A stretch of 64,000 nucleotides of DNA, from positions 1 through 64,000 of the IMG/VR virus record IMGVR_UViG_3300034378_000186. The stretch is one strand, 5' to 3'. How positions within the stretch are numbered: the stretch's first letter is position 1; every line of letters begins with the position of its first letter. Below are positions 47,284-58,052 of this stretch, piece after piece. The notes below the pieces were generated by a model. That model made no database searches. It saw only the letters and a list, made by a program, of their open reading frames with translations, and had not been told where the DNA came from. The stretch comes from a virus. The position numbers and the translations under genes were made by a program.

Positions 47284-48179
47284 TGATTAATCATTGGAAA
47301 TCTGGTAAAAAAAATAGGGGTAAGGCTTTTATAGGTATTGCTCATATAATTATTCCTAAAGGAATATCCGGAGAAAATAGAGCTAAATTTATTGAAGATT
47401 CTTTAAGGGAAAATAAAGTATCTATTTTGGTTGAGAATGGAGGGGGTATTGCTCATGATTGTCCTATTACTTCAGAATGTTTAAATAATATCGATTTCCC
47501 TCTTGGTTATGGTCAATTAGGATCTCCTGTTTTATTTTATTTACATCCATTAAGCAATATGCCTATTGTTTTTGGAACACTTACTCAGGATCAAGATCTT
47601 AATTTTATTACAGAGGGTGATAGAACTTTAAGAGGGGATTTTTTACCATATAATTCATTTGCTGAAGTTATTGCTAAAGGGAAGGATGGAAAAGTACAAA
47701 TTAATGTTTATTCAGATCATGATACAGGAGGGGAGATTTTTATTAATGCTTCAACAAAAAATCAAAAAGGGAAATTAAAGATAAATATAATTGGTGAGTC
47801 AGATATATTTACAAAGGATAAATGTAGTATTACAAGTAAACAAGAAATATTTGTAAAGGTAACAGATCCGGAAGAAGGGGAAGATTTTGATGATAACGTT
47901 GATGATCCGGAGAAATTTAGCTCCATGAAAATAACCCCTGAAAAGATAGTTTTTAATGATGCTGCTAAAGAAAGTTATATACCTGACATAAATAAGTTGG
48001 TTGACAAAATAAATGCCTTAGAGGAAGATTTAAATGCCTTAAAACAGGCCTTTAATACTTGGGTACCTGTTGTCATGGATGGTGGAGCTGTTTTAAAGGC
48101 AGCAACTGCAACATGGGCAGCAGAATCATTTTTACCAACTGAGGTTGATGATATTAAAGATGAGAAACTTGAAAATTAG
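47283..48179 (+). CDS. baseplate spike-like protein
   Basis: Follows hub; OB-like N-terminus, beta-rich middle. Confidence 0.55.
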   Translation: MINHWKSGKKNRGKAFIGIAHIIIPKGISGENRAKFIEDSLRENKVSILVENGGGIAHDCPITSECLNNIDFPLGYGQLGSPVLFYLHPLSNMPIVFGTLTQDQDLNFITEGDRTLRGDFLPYNSFAEVIAKGKDGKVQINVYSDHDTGGEIFINASTKNQKGKLKINIIGESDIFTKDKCSITSKQEIFVKVTDPEEGEDFDDNVDDPEKFSSMKITPEKIVFNDAAKESYIPDINKLVDKINALEEDLNALKQAFNTWVPVVMDGGAVLKAATATWAAESFLPTEVDDIKDEKLEN

Positions 48180-48184
48180 ATATT

Positions 48185-48409
48185 ATGGCACTGGATAAAT
48201 CAAGATTAGCAGATAATATTGAGGATGCAATTACAGATATTGATCCTGCAGAACCTGATTTTCATAGACAAATTGCAGAGGCAATTGCTGATACAGTTAT
48301 TGATGAATTTAAAGATCATGGTGATGTAACTGTTGCTTCAGGAATACCTGTTCAAGTTGGAGCAGCGACAGGAGCAACAACTGCTCCAGGAACAGGAGGT
48401 ATAAGTTGA
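48185..48409 (+). CDS. small baseplate-associated protein
   Basis: MALDK..IAEAIA..GATTAPGTGGIS. Confidence 0.55.
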   Translation: MALDKSRLADNIEDAITDIDPAEPDFHRQIAEAIADTVIDEFKDHGDVTVASGIPVQVGAATGATTAPGTGGIS

Positions 48410-48450
48410 TTTTTATATGTCGTGAATTTTTATTATTTTTATAGATTGTA

Positions 48451-49284
48451 ATGGCTGATATTGAAAACATAATAAGTAGGTATAATCAAGAGATTTCTAA
48501 TATAGGAAGAGCTGGTTTACATGCTTTATTCCCAAGAGATATAGAATTTTATTCTATGGCTTTGGAATTGGTTGATATTGCAGGGAATTCTATTGATTAT
48601 TTTGTTTTTCCTATTATGCCATCTCAAATTAGAAAAAGTGAAGCTAACAGGAATACAGTTAAAAAAACGGCAAAGGCTACTGTTATTTTAGGATCTAAAT
48701 ATTTTACTCCTTCTCAAATTACAATGACTGGTAATTTTGGAAGAACTTTTAAGATATTAATTGGTAAACAACCTATTGTATTTAAAGGGTTAAGATTTAG
48801 TAGAAAATCAGGAGTTAATAAAGCTAGTGATTTAGAAACTTCAGGATTGGCAAAAATAAAGGCAGTTATTCCAGAATTTAATGTCAATATAAAAACTGGA
48901 TATGGGTGTATAAAGATTCTTCAATCTATGATTGATAAAGCTAGAGGGACAGATGCAGATGGAAATCCATTTAAACTTTATTTATATAATCAAGCATTAG
49001 GAGAATCATATTGGGTAGTTCCAAATAAACAACCATTAATATTATCTCAGGATGAAAATCAACAGAATATGATTTGGAATTATTCTTTAGATATGATAAT
49101 AGTTTCTGAGGATATTAGTGGGGAAATAGGGGAAAGTTCGTTATTAAATTTGTTAGGTCGTCCTGTTATCCAGAGAATTGTTAATCAAGTAGGAAGGGAT
49201 GTTTTTAATTTTGTTTCAAAGAAAAATATTTCAGATGTGATTCCTAAGAAATTATCTACAGCTATAAAATCTTCTAAAAAATAA
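48451..49284 (+). CDS. baseplate/tube-initiator-like protein
   Basis: FVFPIMPSQI..ITMTGNFG. Confidence 0.55.
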   Translation: MADIENIISRYNQEISNIGRAGLHALFPRDIEFYSMALELVDIAGNSIDYFVFPIMPSQIRKSEANRNTVKKTAKATVILGSKYFTPSQITMTGNFGRTFKILIGKQPIVFKGLRFSRKSGVNKASDLETSGLAKIKAVIPEFNVNIKTGYGCIKILQSMIDKARGTDADGNPFKLYLYNQALGESYWVVPNKQPLILSQDENQQNMIWNYSLDMIIVSEDISGEIGESSLLNLLGRPVIQRIVNQVGRDVFNFVSKKNISDVIPKKLSTAIKSSKK

Positions 49285-50210
49285 TGGAGACAATATTTGA
49301 AAAATATCGTAATATAACAGGAATAGATATTTCTGCTTATTTATTGACTTTTACTTTCTTTATTCAAGAAAGGTACCCAAATATTGTTAGTTATTATACT
49401 AAAGATACTCAATTAAAATCAAAGGATGTTGAACAATTAGAAGATCTCTATAAAGATTCAGGGATTATTTTAAAATCATTTGAAACTTACAAAACTAAAT
49501 TAAGTGAATTATTTGAATTTTGGGATTTACTTGATAGATGTGAAACAATAAATAATACCTTGGAGACAATTATAAATAGTCAAAGGTGGTTTAGAAGCAA
49601 TAAATCTTTAACTTTTGATGGAAAATTCCAAAGGGATTATGTTTTAAAACAGGGTCAAACTTTAAGTAATTTAGCTGGTAATTTAGGATATACTCAGGAG
49701 AATAATGATTGGGTTGATATTGCTCTTAGAAATAATTTACCTGAAGAGGAATATAATGTAGAAGGTGGAGCAATATTAAAAATTACTTTTCAAAATAATA
49801 TCTCTGTTACTATTAATAGTGTTATTGATGCTGTTACAGGAGAAAGTATATATGGTAAGGATGTTGATAGATCTTTTGTAATGGAGCAAGATGAAAACGG
49901 GGATTGGGATTTGAAAGTATTAAATTACAAAGATACAATTTATCAAACATACAATATTCTTTTAAAAACATTTAGAGGTAGTGTTCCAGAATTTCCTAAC
50001 GATGGGATTGAAAAAGATATTCTTGGGGGTAATGTTAATTCTGTTCAATACCCTGTTTTAGCAAGACAATTATCTGATTTGTTTTCAAAAGATGATTCTT
50101 TTAGGAATTTTAAAATTTTAAAGATTGACCCTAAACAGGATCATATAGAAATTGATGTTGAAGTTGAAACATATTTGGGATTAGTTCTTAATCAAACATT
50201 AGTGGTATGA
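49284..50210 (+). CDS. baseplate wedge protein (LysM-like plus gp25-like)
   Basis: LKQGQTLSNLA..W.DIA..N; GSVPEFP..G. Confidence 0.6.
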   Translation: METIFEKYRNITGIDISAYLLTFTFFIQERYPNIVSYYTKDTQLKSKDVEQLEDLYKDSGIILKSFETYKTKLSELFEFWDLLDRCETINNTLETIINSQRWFRSNKSLTFDGKFQRDYVLKQGQTLSNLAGNLGYTQENNDWVDIALRNNLPEEEYNVEGGAILKITFQNNISVTINSVIDAVTGESIYGKDVDRSFVMEQDENGDWDLKVLNYKDTIYQTYNILLKTFRGSVPEFPNDGIEKDILGGNVNSVQYPVLARQLSDLFSKDDSFRNFKILKIDPKQDHIEIDVEVETYLGLVLNQTLVV

Positions 50211-51388
50211 AAACAACTGTTTTAACAAATAATGAATTGAAACAGATTATTACTGAAATCTTTTTCAATAAACAAACAAAGGCTACAAAGATAACAGATG
50301 AATCTGTAAATAATGCAATATTTTTTGCTTCAGGTAGAGTGGGACAAAAAGCAATGAAGGATATTGCAGTTATTGAATCTATGATATTTCCTGTTTCAGC
50401 TCAAGGAAGTTATTTAGATCAATCTGCAGCTTTATTCGGAGGTATTGAAAGATATGGAGCCTCAGGAAGTAGTACTTATATTTTAGTTATTGCTGATAAT
50501 GGAACTTTATATCCACAAGCTTCAACTCAATTTAAAGCTACAAATGGACAAACATTTGAATTAGTGGAAGATTTAATTGTTGAAGAAAATGGTTTTGCTT
50601 ATGGGAAAATAAGAAGTACTGGGATTGGTAAATTAACAAATTCAGAAGCAAATACGATTACGAAAGTAGATCCTGCTCCTGCCGGTCATATTGCTCTTAC
50701 AAATGAATTTACAGCAACAGGGGGTAGAGATATTGAAACAGATGAAGATTTAAGAAATAGAATATTTTCTCACAACAATAAGATTTCACAAAAAACATTA
50801 CAATATTTATCTGAGATATTTAGGCAGACAAATGAGGATGTTTTATTTATTCAGAATTTGGGGTTTGATGAGCAGGGGTTGTTAAATATTTCAGTTGTAT
50901 TACAAAATGGTGCAGATCTTACAGAAAATGAAAGAAATAGTCTTTTAGATGCTTCCCAGGGGTATTTTGCATTAACTGATATAAATGTATTTGGGGATGA
51001 TCTTGGAATCAAATTAGTAAATCCAACTTGGTATGAAGTTGGGGGTAATACTGGAATTGATTTTAGGGTTGAGATTTATTCTAATTTTGACATTGATCAA
51101 GTAAGAAAAAATATTCAAATAGCAATGTCCAGATATTTTGATATAAGATATTGGACTGAAGATAGAAAGGTTGAATGGGATGATTTACTTCAGATTGTAA
51201 AACAAACTGAGGGGGTGAAATATGTTCCAGATGATTTCTTTAAACCTTCTGTTGATGAAATAGTTCCTTTAAACGAACTTCCTAGAATTAAGAAATTTGT
51301 GATGAGGGATATTGATGGTAATTTGATAAGTGACAATCAGGGAGTATTAACTCCAATTTTTTATCCATTAGAACAATTAGAATCATAA
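50207..51388 (+). CDS. baseplate J-like wedge protein
   Basis: AQGSYLD..A; GGRDIETDEDLRNRI. Confidence 0.85.
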   Translation: MKTTVLTNNELKQIITEIFFNKQTKATKITDESVNNAIFFASGRVGQKAMKDIAVIESMIFPVSAQGSYLDQSAALFGGIERYGASGSSTYILVIADNGTLYPQASTQFKATNGQTFELVEDLIVEENGFAYGKIRSTGIGKLTNSEANTITKVDPAPAGHIALTNEFTATGGRDIETDEDLRNRIFSHNNKISQKTLQYLSEIFRQTNEDVLFIQNLGFDEQGLLNISVVLQNGADLTENERNSLLDASQGYFALTDINVFGDDLGIKLVNPTWYEVGGNTGIDFRVEIYSNFDIDQVRKNIQIAMSRYFDIRYWTEDRKVEWDDLLQIVKQTEGVKYVPDDFFKPSVDEIVPLNELPRIKKFVMRDIDGNLISDNQGVLTPIFYPLEQLES

Positions 51389-53424
51389 TGGCAATTGTAA
51401 CGAAAACAGACATACCAGATGGAGCGATTTTAGAAATAAATTCTGTATTTAATCAAATTACAGTACAAAGTTTATTTGGTTTTTTAAATGACAATGCTTC
51501 AACCTATTATAATCAAGAATTCTGTTATTCTGTGGATGGTGGAACTTCATTTACATCTTATGTTGCTTTAACTGAATCAAATATAAGAAATGTTAATGCA
51601 AATCCTGCAAGTGATCTGGTTGTAAGATATAAGTATGTTCAAATTGCCAGTCCTGTGATAAATCAGGATATTGTTATAAAAGGTATTTATAGTGATTTAG
51701 TATATCCTTATTTTGAGAATTCTCTGTTTAAAGAATTCTTTGATTTTAATGATCATAATGTTTTGAATTGGGCTTTAAATGTTCTTGAGAAATTATATGA
51801 TCGTGGAATTACTCCTTTTTATGTTGATAGAAATAAAGGAGAGAATATATTTCAAGATGAAGATTATATAAGTATCTGGGTGACAATTTGTCATTTTTAT
51901 GCGATCTTAGTAATATACGGAAGGCAGTATTTAAATATAAGGGATAATGTAATTCTTTTAAGATTTTTCTTTGATTTCATTGGATTGTTTTATAATGCAA
52001 ATAATACATTGGAAGAACTTCAATATTTATTTGATAATTATATCCAGGAATTTAAAGATCGTGGAACAAATAAAATTCATGTTTTTAGGGATTCAGATAC
52101 AGAACCAAGTGGAGAATTATTAAGGTTGATAGATTATTTATATCCTGATGAATTTATATTTGCTCACTGTAAACCTGAAGCTGTAGGATGGAATATTGGG
52201 AATTCTTCTCCTTGTTATAGGGGTACTGAAAGTATAATCAATGCAATTAAGGGGTATGAATTTACTGATTTTGTGGAAGATCCTTCTAAATATCCTTTAG
52301 AAAATGATCAATATATTACCACTAATCATATTACAAATGGGGTTGATTTTGTAGATTCAAATATGGATGGATTAGCAGATGATTGGGTTGGTTCCGGATC
52401 TGGAAATACATATTCAATTGTTTCAGGTAATGGTTTTTCTGTAAAAGCTCAAAGGGTAGATTATCCTGGATTTTTACCTTCGTTTTTTGGAGTAATTCAA
52501 AATAATGTAGTTAATGCAGGATTTAAAGCAAAATTGAAATTTAAATATCGTTCTGATTCTCTTGTTCAGATAAAATTTGGATCTGTAACTGTGGCAAGTT
52601 ATCCAGTTAATGAAGGGGAAGCTAAAAGTGTTGAATTTGAATTTGTTCCCACAATGACAGGATCTATTTCTTTGGGAGCATTAAATGATATTGGTTATGC
52701 TGAATTTGGAGATATTTCACTTAATTGTGGATTGTTTATACAAGATATTCCGGATGGGGATTTCTCTGGAGTTTCAGAGGTAGAAGATGATACTAAGAAA
52801 ATAATTGTGTCACCTGAATTAAATTATGAGGTGAGTTTTAGAATAAAGAAAAATGATTCATTTGATAATGTTTCATTTGGAGTTCAGGCTTATGATGCTC
52901 AGGAAAATGCAATAAATTTGGTTTCAGTTATTGATGGATCTTCTTCTAATGATTTTTTTGTATCTAAAAATGTTACAAAAGTTACATCAGAAGAATATTG
53001 GGTAAGAGGGGTTATTTATAATAAAGATCAACCTGATGTTTCAGCAAATGATGCTTTATTAAATGTGGGATATGGAAAGAATTTAAGAATGGGTGAAAAA
53101 GTTGCTTTTATTATACCAAGAATAAGAATTAATGGTGATTTAGGTCCAAATCTTGCTTGCATTAGAGATATAAAAATAAGACCTGCAAATTTACCATTTT
53201 CTTTAGGATATTTAGGAGCTAAAAATTTTATTATAAATTGGGTTTTAAATAGAAGTGGGATTCCAAATGATAAGGTATCTCAGATAGTGAAACAATATTT
53301 AATACCATATAATAGCGTATATTTTCCAATTTATTTAACTGTAGAAAATTTAGGAACACAATTCTTAAAGTTGAATTCTGGAGGATATTTATTATTAAAT
53401 ACTGGTGGTCGAATAATACTTTAA
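51388..53424 (+). CDS. baseplate/tail protein
   Basis: Position; carbohydrate-binding-like insert. Confidence 0.6.
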   Translation: MAIVTKTDIPDGAILEINSVFNQITVQSLFGFLNDNASTYYNQEFCYSVDGGTSFTSYVALTESNIRNVNANPASDLVVRYKYVQIASPVINQDIVIKGIYSDLVYPYFENSLFKEFFDFNDHNVLNWALNVLEKLYDRGITPFYVDRNKGENIFQDEDYISIWVTICHFYAILVIYGRQYLNIRDNVILLRFFFDFIGLFYNANNTLEELQYLFDNYIQEFKDRGTNKIHVFRDSDTEPSGELLRLIDYLYPDEFIFAHCKPEAVGWNIGNSSPCYRGTESIINAIKGYEFTDFVEDPSKYPLENDQYITTNHITNGVDFVDSNMDGLADDWVGSGSGNTYSIVSGNGFSVKAQRVDYPGFLPSFFGVIQNNVVNAGFKAKLKFKYRSDSLVQIKFGSVTVASYPVNEGEAKSVEFEFVPTMTGSISLGALNDIGYAEFGDISLNCGLFIQDIPDGDFSGVSEVEDDTKKIIVSPELNYEVSFRIKKNDSFDNVSFGVQAYDAQENAINLVSVIDGSSSNDFFVSKNVTKVTSEEYWVRGVIYNKDQPDVSANDALLNVGYGKNLRMGEKVAFIIPRIRINGDLGPNLACIRDIKIRPANLPFSLGYLGAKNFIINWVLNRSGIPNDKVSQIVKQYLIPYNSVYFPIYLTVENLGTQFLKLNSGGYLLLNTGGRIIL

Positions 53425-53435
53425 AAATAGAAATT

Positions 53436-55628
53436 ATGTCAGGAAAAACAGGACAAGTTAATATTCAGAGAAATCTTTTTTTAGAAAAAGAAGAAGTTTC
53501 TGCGATGCAAGATTTTATGATTAGAAATATTCCATTGTTTTTGTTTGAAAACAGTACTCAGTCTTATGGTATTGTGGAAAATCAGGCTATTAGTGGAAAT
53601 GATTTTTTGATTGAAGTTGGAACTAATGCCGGAACAATAAAATGTCAATATGATAGTTATGCAATTGACAATGATATGTTCTTGATGTTTCTGCAGCAAT
53701 TCGATAATTTCCCTATTCCTGCACAAGATCTTTATTATTGGATAAGGGTAAGTCATGAAGATTATAGAGCTGAACCTGGAGAAGTATCTGTAACTATTGA
53801 TGGTCAAGTTACTGGGGTTGGAACAACGTTTACAGAATTATTAAGAGGTCAAAATGCTAAGGCCCCTACAAGGATAAGATTTTATAAAGAAGATGATGAG
53901 GGTAATGAAATTTCTGTTTCAAATCAGGCTACTTATGAAGTTATTTCTATAAACAGCGATACAAGTATGATTATATCAGGAGAATTTATTCCTGAGTCTG
54001 GAGTGAAATTTGTAGTAGTAGGAGCTTATACGCTTGGAACAATTTTATCTTCTGAACAAAAAGAGGGTTTATATAAATATGATTGGTGTAAGGTTGAAGC
54101 TATTCAGGAAGTTGATTTGAATACTCCTCCTACAGATCCTGGGAATGGATATGTTGAAAATAAGACATTTTATATTGCAAGGGTAAGATGGAGTAGTGAA
54201 ACTGGAGTAACAATTAAAGATAAAAGGGAAGATTATTGGAGGTTGAATTTTGGAGAAATTATTGTTGATACTAAGGCGGAAAGGGATGCAAGTAATTTAA
54301 CCAATCTCAATATATATGATTGGATGAATAAACTTGAAACATATAATATGTTAAATCAAGCTTTAAAATTATATGAAGAATCTGATAATTCTATTATTTC
54401 AGGATGTATTGAAAATGGAGGTACTATATCTGAAGGTTTGGTAGTTCTTGATGGGGAATTATTAAAGGTAGATTCTCATACAAAATCAGGTACCTATTTT
54501 GAGAAAGTAACTGTTTCAGATCTTCCAAGGGCAACAGTAACAGCAGCAAGTGGAAATTTAAAATTTGATGATAATTCATTTAAAACTGGAGTAAGAAGGG
54601 TTGAATTAACTCAAGTGGTTAGAAAGGGGGTTTTCGATGTTTCATCTATTATTACTCCTCCAGATGAAGAATGGAGAAGACTTTGTTCTTTCCCCGAAGA
54701 TTATATTGGGATGTTTGGACTTAGATTTGAAAGACTTCTTCCTATAATAGGGACTATTTCAACAGATGTTTTAATTACTGTTCAACAAATATCTGGATCT
54801 CCTTCTGTTGTAATTACAGCAACAGGATTATTAGGGGTTGGAGCTTTTAAAGTGGTTCAAGAAAGTGGAGAACTTCATATTGAACTTTTATTTTCTTTTG
54901 TAGAATCTAATTCTAAATTAGAATTATATCCAATATTTAGTTCAATAAATGATATTACTTTATATGAGGGGGAATTACCTGTAGGAAATCAACCAGGAGA
55001 AATAGTTATATATATATCTGATAATGAAGATTCTTTTGTTCATTCAGGAGATATTTCAGGGAGAAACATTAATGCAAATTTAAATGTAACTGGAGAAAAA
55101 TTTGTTGCAAATGATCCTGAAGGAGTTAATTGGGGGGATGGTTATGATTTAAGACAAGATTTATCGGGTCCTTGGATTGATCAACCTATCACTTTAGCAG
55201 GTTCAGATACGGGTGGAACTTATTTATTTGATCTTTCTGCTGATTCGGTAAACTTTCATTGGAAAAGGGTTGGGGGGAATATGGTGTTTATTCAATGTAA
55301 AATATCAAATGTTGAATTCCCAGCTACACCAGATGCAGGAGGATTAAAAATAAAAGATTTACCTTTCACTGCTGCATTTGGATGTTATGGAACTTTCACT
55401 CATCGATGTTTAAATTTTGATGAGCATCCTATTGTTCCTGGTAGAGTTAGAATGGAGGCAGGATGGGATTATATAGTTTTATTAAAACAGGCTTTACATA
55501 GTAGTAATTTAAGTTGGAATGATGGTTATAGATTTGATTCCTTACCAAGTATAACGGTTGCAACTCATACTAATTATCCTACAAGATTTGATATTCAGTT
55601 TGGATTTTTTGTAGCAATTAATAGTTAG
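53436..55628 (+). CDS. tail fibre/baseplate protein
   Basis: VTGVGTTFT; KAERDASNL; position. Confidence 0.6.
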   Translation: MSGKTGQVNIQRNLFLEKEEVSAMQDFMIRNIPLFLFENSTQSYGIVENQAISGNDFLIEVGTNAGTIKCQYDSYAIDNDMFLMFLQQFDNFPIPAQDLYYWIRVSHEDYRAEPGEVSVTIDGQVTGVGTTFTELLRGQNAKAPTRIRFYKEDDEGNEISVSNQATYEVISINSDTSMIISGEFIPESGVKFVVVGAYTLGTILSSEQKEGLYKYDWCKVEAIQEVDLNTPPTDPGNGYVENKTFYIARVRWSSETGVTIKDKREDYWRLNFGEIIVDTKAERDASNLTNLNIYDWMNKLETYNMLNQALKLYEESDNSIISGCIENGGTISEGLVVLDGELLKVDSHTKSGTYFEKVTVSDLPRATVTAASGNLKFDDNSFKTGVRRVELTQVVRKGVFDVSSIITPPDEEWRRLCSFPEDYIGMFGLRFERLLPIIGTISTDVLITVQQISGSPSVVITATGLLGVGAFKVVQESGELHIELLFSFVESNSKLELYPIFSSINDITLYEGELPVGNQPGEIVIYISDNEDSFVHSGDISGRNINANLNVTGEKFVANDPEGVNWGDGYDLRQDLSGPWIDQPITLAGSDTGGTYLFDLSADSVNFHWKRVGGNMVFIQCKISNVEFPATPDAGGLKIKDLPFTAAFGCYGTFTHRCLNFDEHPIVPGRVRMEAGWDYIVLLKQALHSSNLSWNDGYRFDSLPSITVATHTNYPTRFDIQFGFFVAINS

Positions 55629-55646
55629 TTATAAAAATAAATAAAG

Positions 55647-56228
55647 ATGAAAATATATTATACAACATCAGTTGGAACAGATGAAGAACAGAAGAATGCA
55701 AAACTTTCTTTAGGAGGTTTTAGATCTTCTTCAGTGGTTCCTAATTTAAGAATAGGAAATCTTTTTGGGGATATATCTGAGTATACAATTCAGATAGATC
55801 GTGATCAATATATTGCCCTGATGATAAGAAATGAAACAGAGGCGGATATAACAAATCTAAAGCTACATTTTGAATATCCAATAGACGATGAAGATAATAA
55901 TATTTCTGATACTTTATTTAAAATTGGAGCTGTTGAGCCTGGTGATGTTGATGGAGAAGAATATATTGAAAGATTACAAGATTTTTATTCAGCTCCTTAT
56001 TCAGTAGATTTTCATGAGGCAGATGGAATTGCAAATCAGGTCCTTTTAGGGGATCTTGCAAATAATACTTCCTTTGGATTATTTTTTTGTAGATCTTTAA
56101 AAAAAGATAAAATTTTGGAGGATTATCAAAATATGATTGAGAAGGATGAACCTGATAATTCTAATATTTATAGACAAAATGAACTACCTACAAAAGATGA
56201 AATCAAAATTGTTTTAAACTGGGATTAA
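55647..56228 (+). CDS. tail-associated protein
   Basis: SLGG..S....NLFGDIS. Confidence 0.55.
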   Translation: MKIYYTTSVGTDEEQKNAKLSLGGFRSSSVVPNLRIGNLFGDISEYTIQIDRDQYIALMIRNETEADITNLKLHFEYPIDDEDNNISDTLFKIGAVEPGDVDGEEYIERLQDFYSAPYSVDFHEADGIANQVLLGDLANNTSFGLFFCRSLKKDKILEDYQNMIEKDEPDNSNIYRQNELPTKDEIKIVLNWD

Positions 56229-56238
56229 AAAAGGTAGT

Positions 56239-56276
56239 ATATAATTTTTATATGTGGGTTTTTTTATGTATATTTG
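56239..56276 (+). promoter_or_regulatory. palindrome plus TATATTTG promoter
   Basis: ATATAATTTTTATAT at 56239, TATATTTG at 56269. Confidence 0.7.
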
Positions 56277-56288
56277 CTGTTATAATCA

Positions 56289-56825
56289 GTGGGTTATAAT
56301 AGTTTTTTTGTGATTGATGAATTTTTAAAATATTACGAGGGGATTTACAGGAATGCTACAAACATGAATATTGATGTTTTTAGGAATCCCAAAAATAGGA
56401 AACTTGTTAGTAATCTTCTGGAAAGATTAAATAATTTATACCCAAGCATAGATGGTAAATTTCTTTTTGATTTTATAATACTTCAATTTAATCATTATGA
56501 AAATTTTATATTGGCAAGAGGTAAAAATCGTTTACAGCTTTCATGGTTGGTTGGGGATAAAGCAATAGAAAGGTGGAAAAATAAAAGTGAGAATTGGAAT
56601 TATTTTAATAGGGAGTTTTGCAAAAAATATAGGATTAAGGCTCCTGAAAAAAAATATCAGGTAAATGAAGAAGGTAGAAAAGAATTTAGAAGCAGAGAAA
56701 GGAAAAGATTTTATAACACTGAAAGGGGATTAATTCATTGTATGGAATTAGAATTATTTGAAAGTCTGAATAGTCAGTGTTTAGAATGTAATTATAAGAA
56801 TATTTGCAATGGAAAAAGTAATTGA
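56289..56825 (+). CDS. hypothetical protein with C-terminal Cys cluster
   Basis: ORF; start uncertain. Confidence 0.65.
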   Translation: MGYNSFFVIDEFLKYYEGIYRNATNMNIDVFRNPKNRKLVSNLLERLNNLYPSIDGKFLFDFIILQFNHYENFILARGKNRLQLSWLVGDKAIERWKNKSENWNYFNREFCKKYRIKAPEKKYQVNEEGRKEFRSRERKRFYNTERGLIHCMELELFESLNSQCLECNYKNICNGKSN

Positions 56826-57225
56826 TAAATGTTCTAAATGTGGAAATAAAAGGGTAATTGTTAATAAGAAATATTATTTGTGTGATGAATGTAATTACTT
56901 TAGACTCCATGGGGAAACGAAATATGATTCATTTCGTAGAAAACAGAGGGAACAGAATAAGAAGAGGAAGCATAAGAAAACCGGGGAATGGGAATTGTTC
57001 ATGGAAATATGGGCAGAAAGAGAACATAAATGCCATAATTGTGGGATAAGAATTTTTGTACCAAAACCAATAAATTTTATGCATAAGAAAAGTAAAGGGG
57101 CTTCTCCAAGTTTAAGACTGAAAAAAAGTAATATAGAAATTGTTTGTAGGGATTGTCATTATGCGTATGATTTTCAGGGGATGGATAAGTATAACGAAAG
57201 AAAAGATTTATATGACGGAGCGTAA
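56809..57225 (+). CDS. HNH-like zinc-binding nuclease
   Basis: CHNCG..FMH..SKG....LRL...NI...CRDCH. Confidence 0.7.
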   Translation: MEKVIDKCSKCGNKRVIVNKKYYLCDECNYFRLHGETKYDSFRRKQREQNKKRKHKKTGEWELFMEIWAEREHKCHNCGIRIFVPKPINFMHKKSKGASPSLRLKKSNIEIVCRDCHYAYDFQGMDKYNERKDLYDGA

Positions 57226-57262
57226 AACCAATTCATCGCTTTAGCGTGGGTGGGTAATTCAC
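57214..57262 (+). mobile_element. 49-bp minimal derivative of the 34381-36400 element
   Basis: First 36 nt identical to that LE, fused to GTGGGTAATTCAC. Confidence 0.9.
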
Positions 57263-57269
57263 ATAGATA

Positions 57270-57821
57270 ATGGATAGAAAAAAGATAAAAAAGGTCACTG
57301 ATCAATATGATGCTTTAATAGGAGAAGGATTTCCTATTTCTCCTGTTGCAAAATCAGAAGTGGAAATAATTAAAGAATTAAGGGAAATATTTAAGAAAGT
57401 AAATTTTCATAATATAGTTTCAATCCTTGATGGATATAAAGATAAAGCTGATGAGGAAATCTCAAATGATTTATTGGAATTTAATACTAATTTTGAAAGT
57501 AATGTAAATGAAAATGAGGAAGAACCTCAGGAAGGTAGGGGTACTTCTGGTGGAAATATATTCACCAGGGTATTTATTAGAATTTTAGGAGGCCTGTATG
57601 AATTATCCTATATTTATAGTGTGGATAGGGAAAATAAATATGAAAATGAAGATAATTGTTATGTTTATTATATTATTCTGAATGAAATAGAAGATACAGG
57701 TAACAGATCTCTTTTTTATGCAAATAAGAGATTTAAGTTTTATAATGAGGAAGAAAGGGATGATGTTTATAATAGGATAGATAGAAATATCTCTTCAGAA
57801 AGAAACATCAAAATAATTTAA
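57270..57821 (+). CDS. hypothetical protein
   Basis: ORF. Confidence 0.7.
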   Translation: MDRKKIKKVTDQYDALIGEGFPISPVAKSEVEIIKELREIFKKVNFHNIVSILDGYKDKADEEISNDLLEFNTNFESNVNENEEEPQEGRGTSGGNIFTRVFIRILGGLYELSYIYSVDRENKYENEDNCYVYYIILNEIEDTGNRSLFYANKRFKFYNEEERDDVYNRIDRNISSERNIKII

Positions 57822-57832
57822 AATCGATAGTT

Positions 57833-58051
57833 ATGGGAAATATTATAAAAGAAAATTTGAATCTAACAGGGATGGTAAAATTTCTGAATGAAAAATTTGG
57901 GAATAAAAAAACAGGAAAGAAATTTACTACTCAGGATGTTCAGCAATATATTGAATTAGGATCTCTTCCTAAATATCTTGGATTGTATGATATTGAAAGG
58001 GTAAAAGGGATTCATTCAGTAAAATTATATAATATTATTAAAAGAAATTAA
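57833..58051 (+). CDS. small putative DNA-binding protein
   Basis: FTTQDVQQYIELGSLP; wHTH-like guess. Confidence 0.45.
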   Translation: MGNIIKENLNLTGMVKFLNEKFGNKKTGKKFTTQDVQQYIELGSLPKYLGLYDIERVKGIHSVKLYNIIKRN

Positions 58052-58052
58052 T

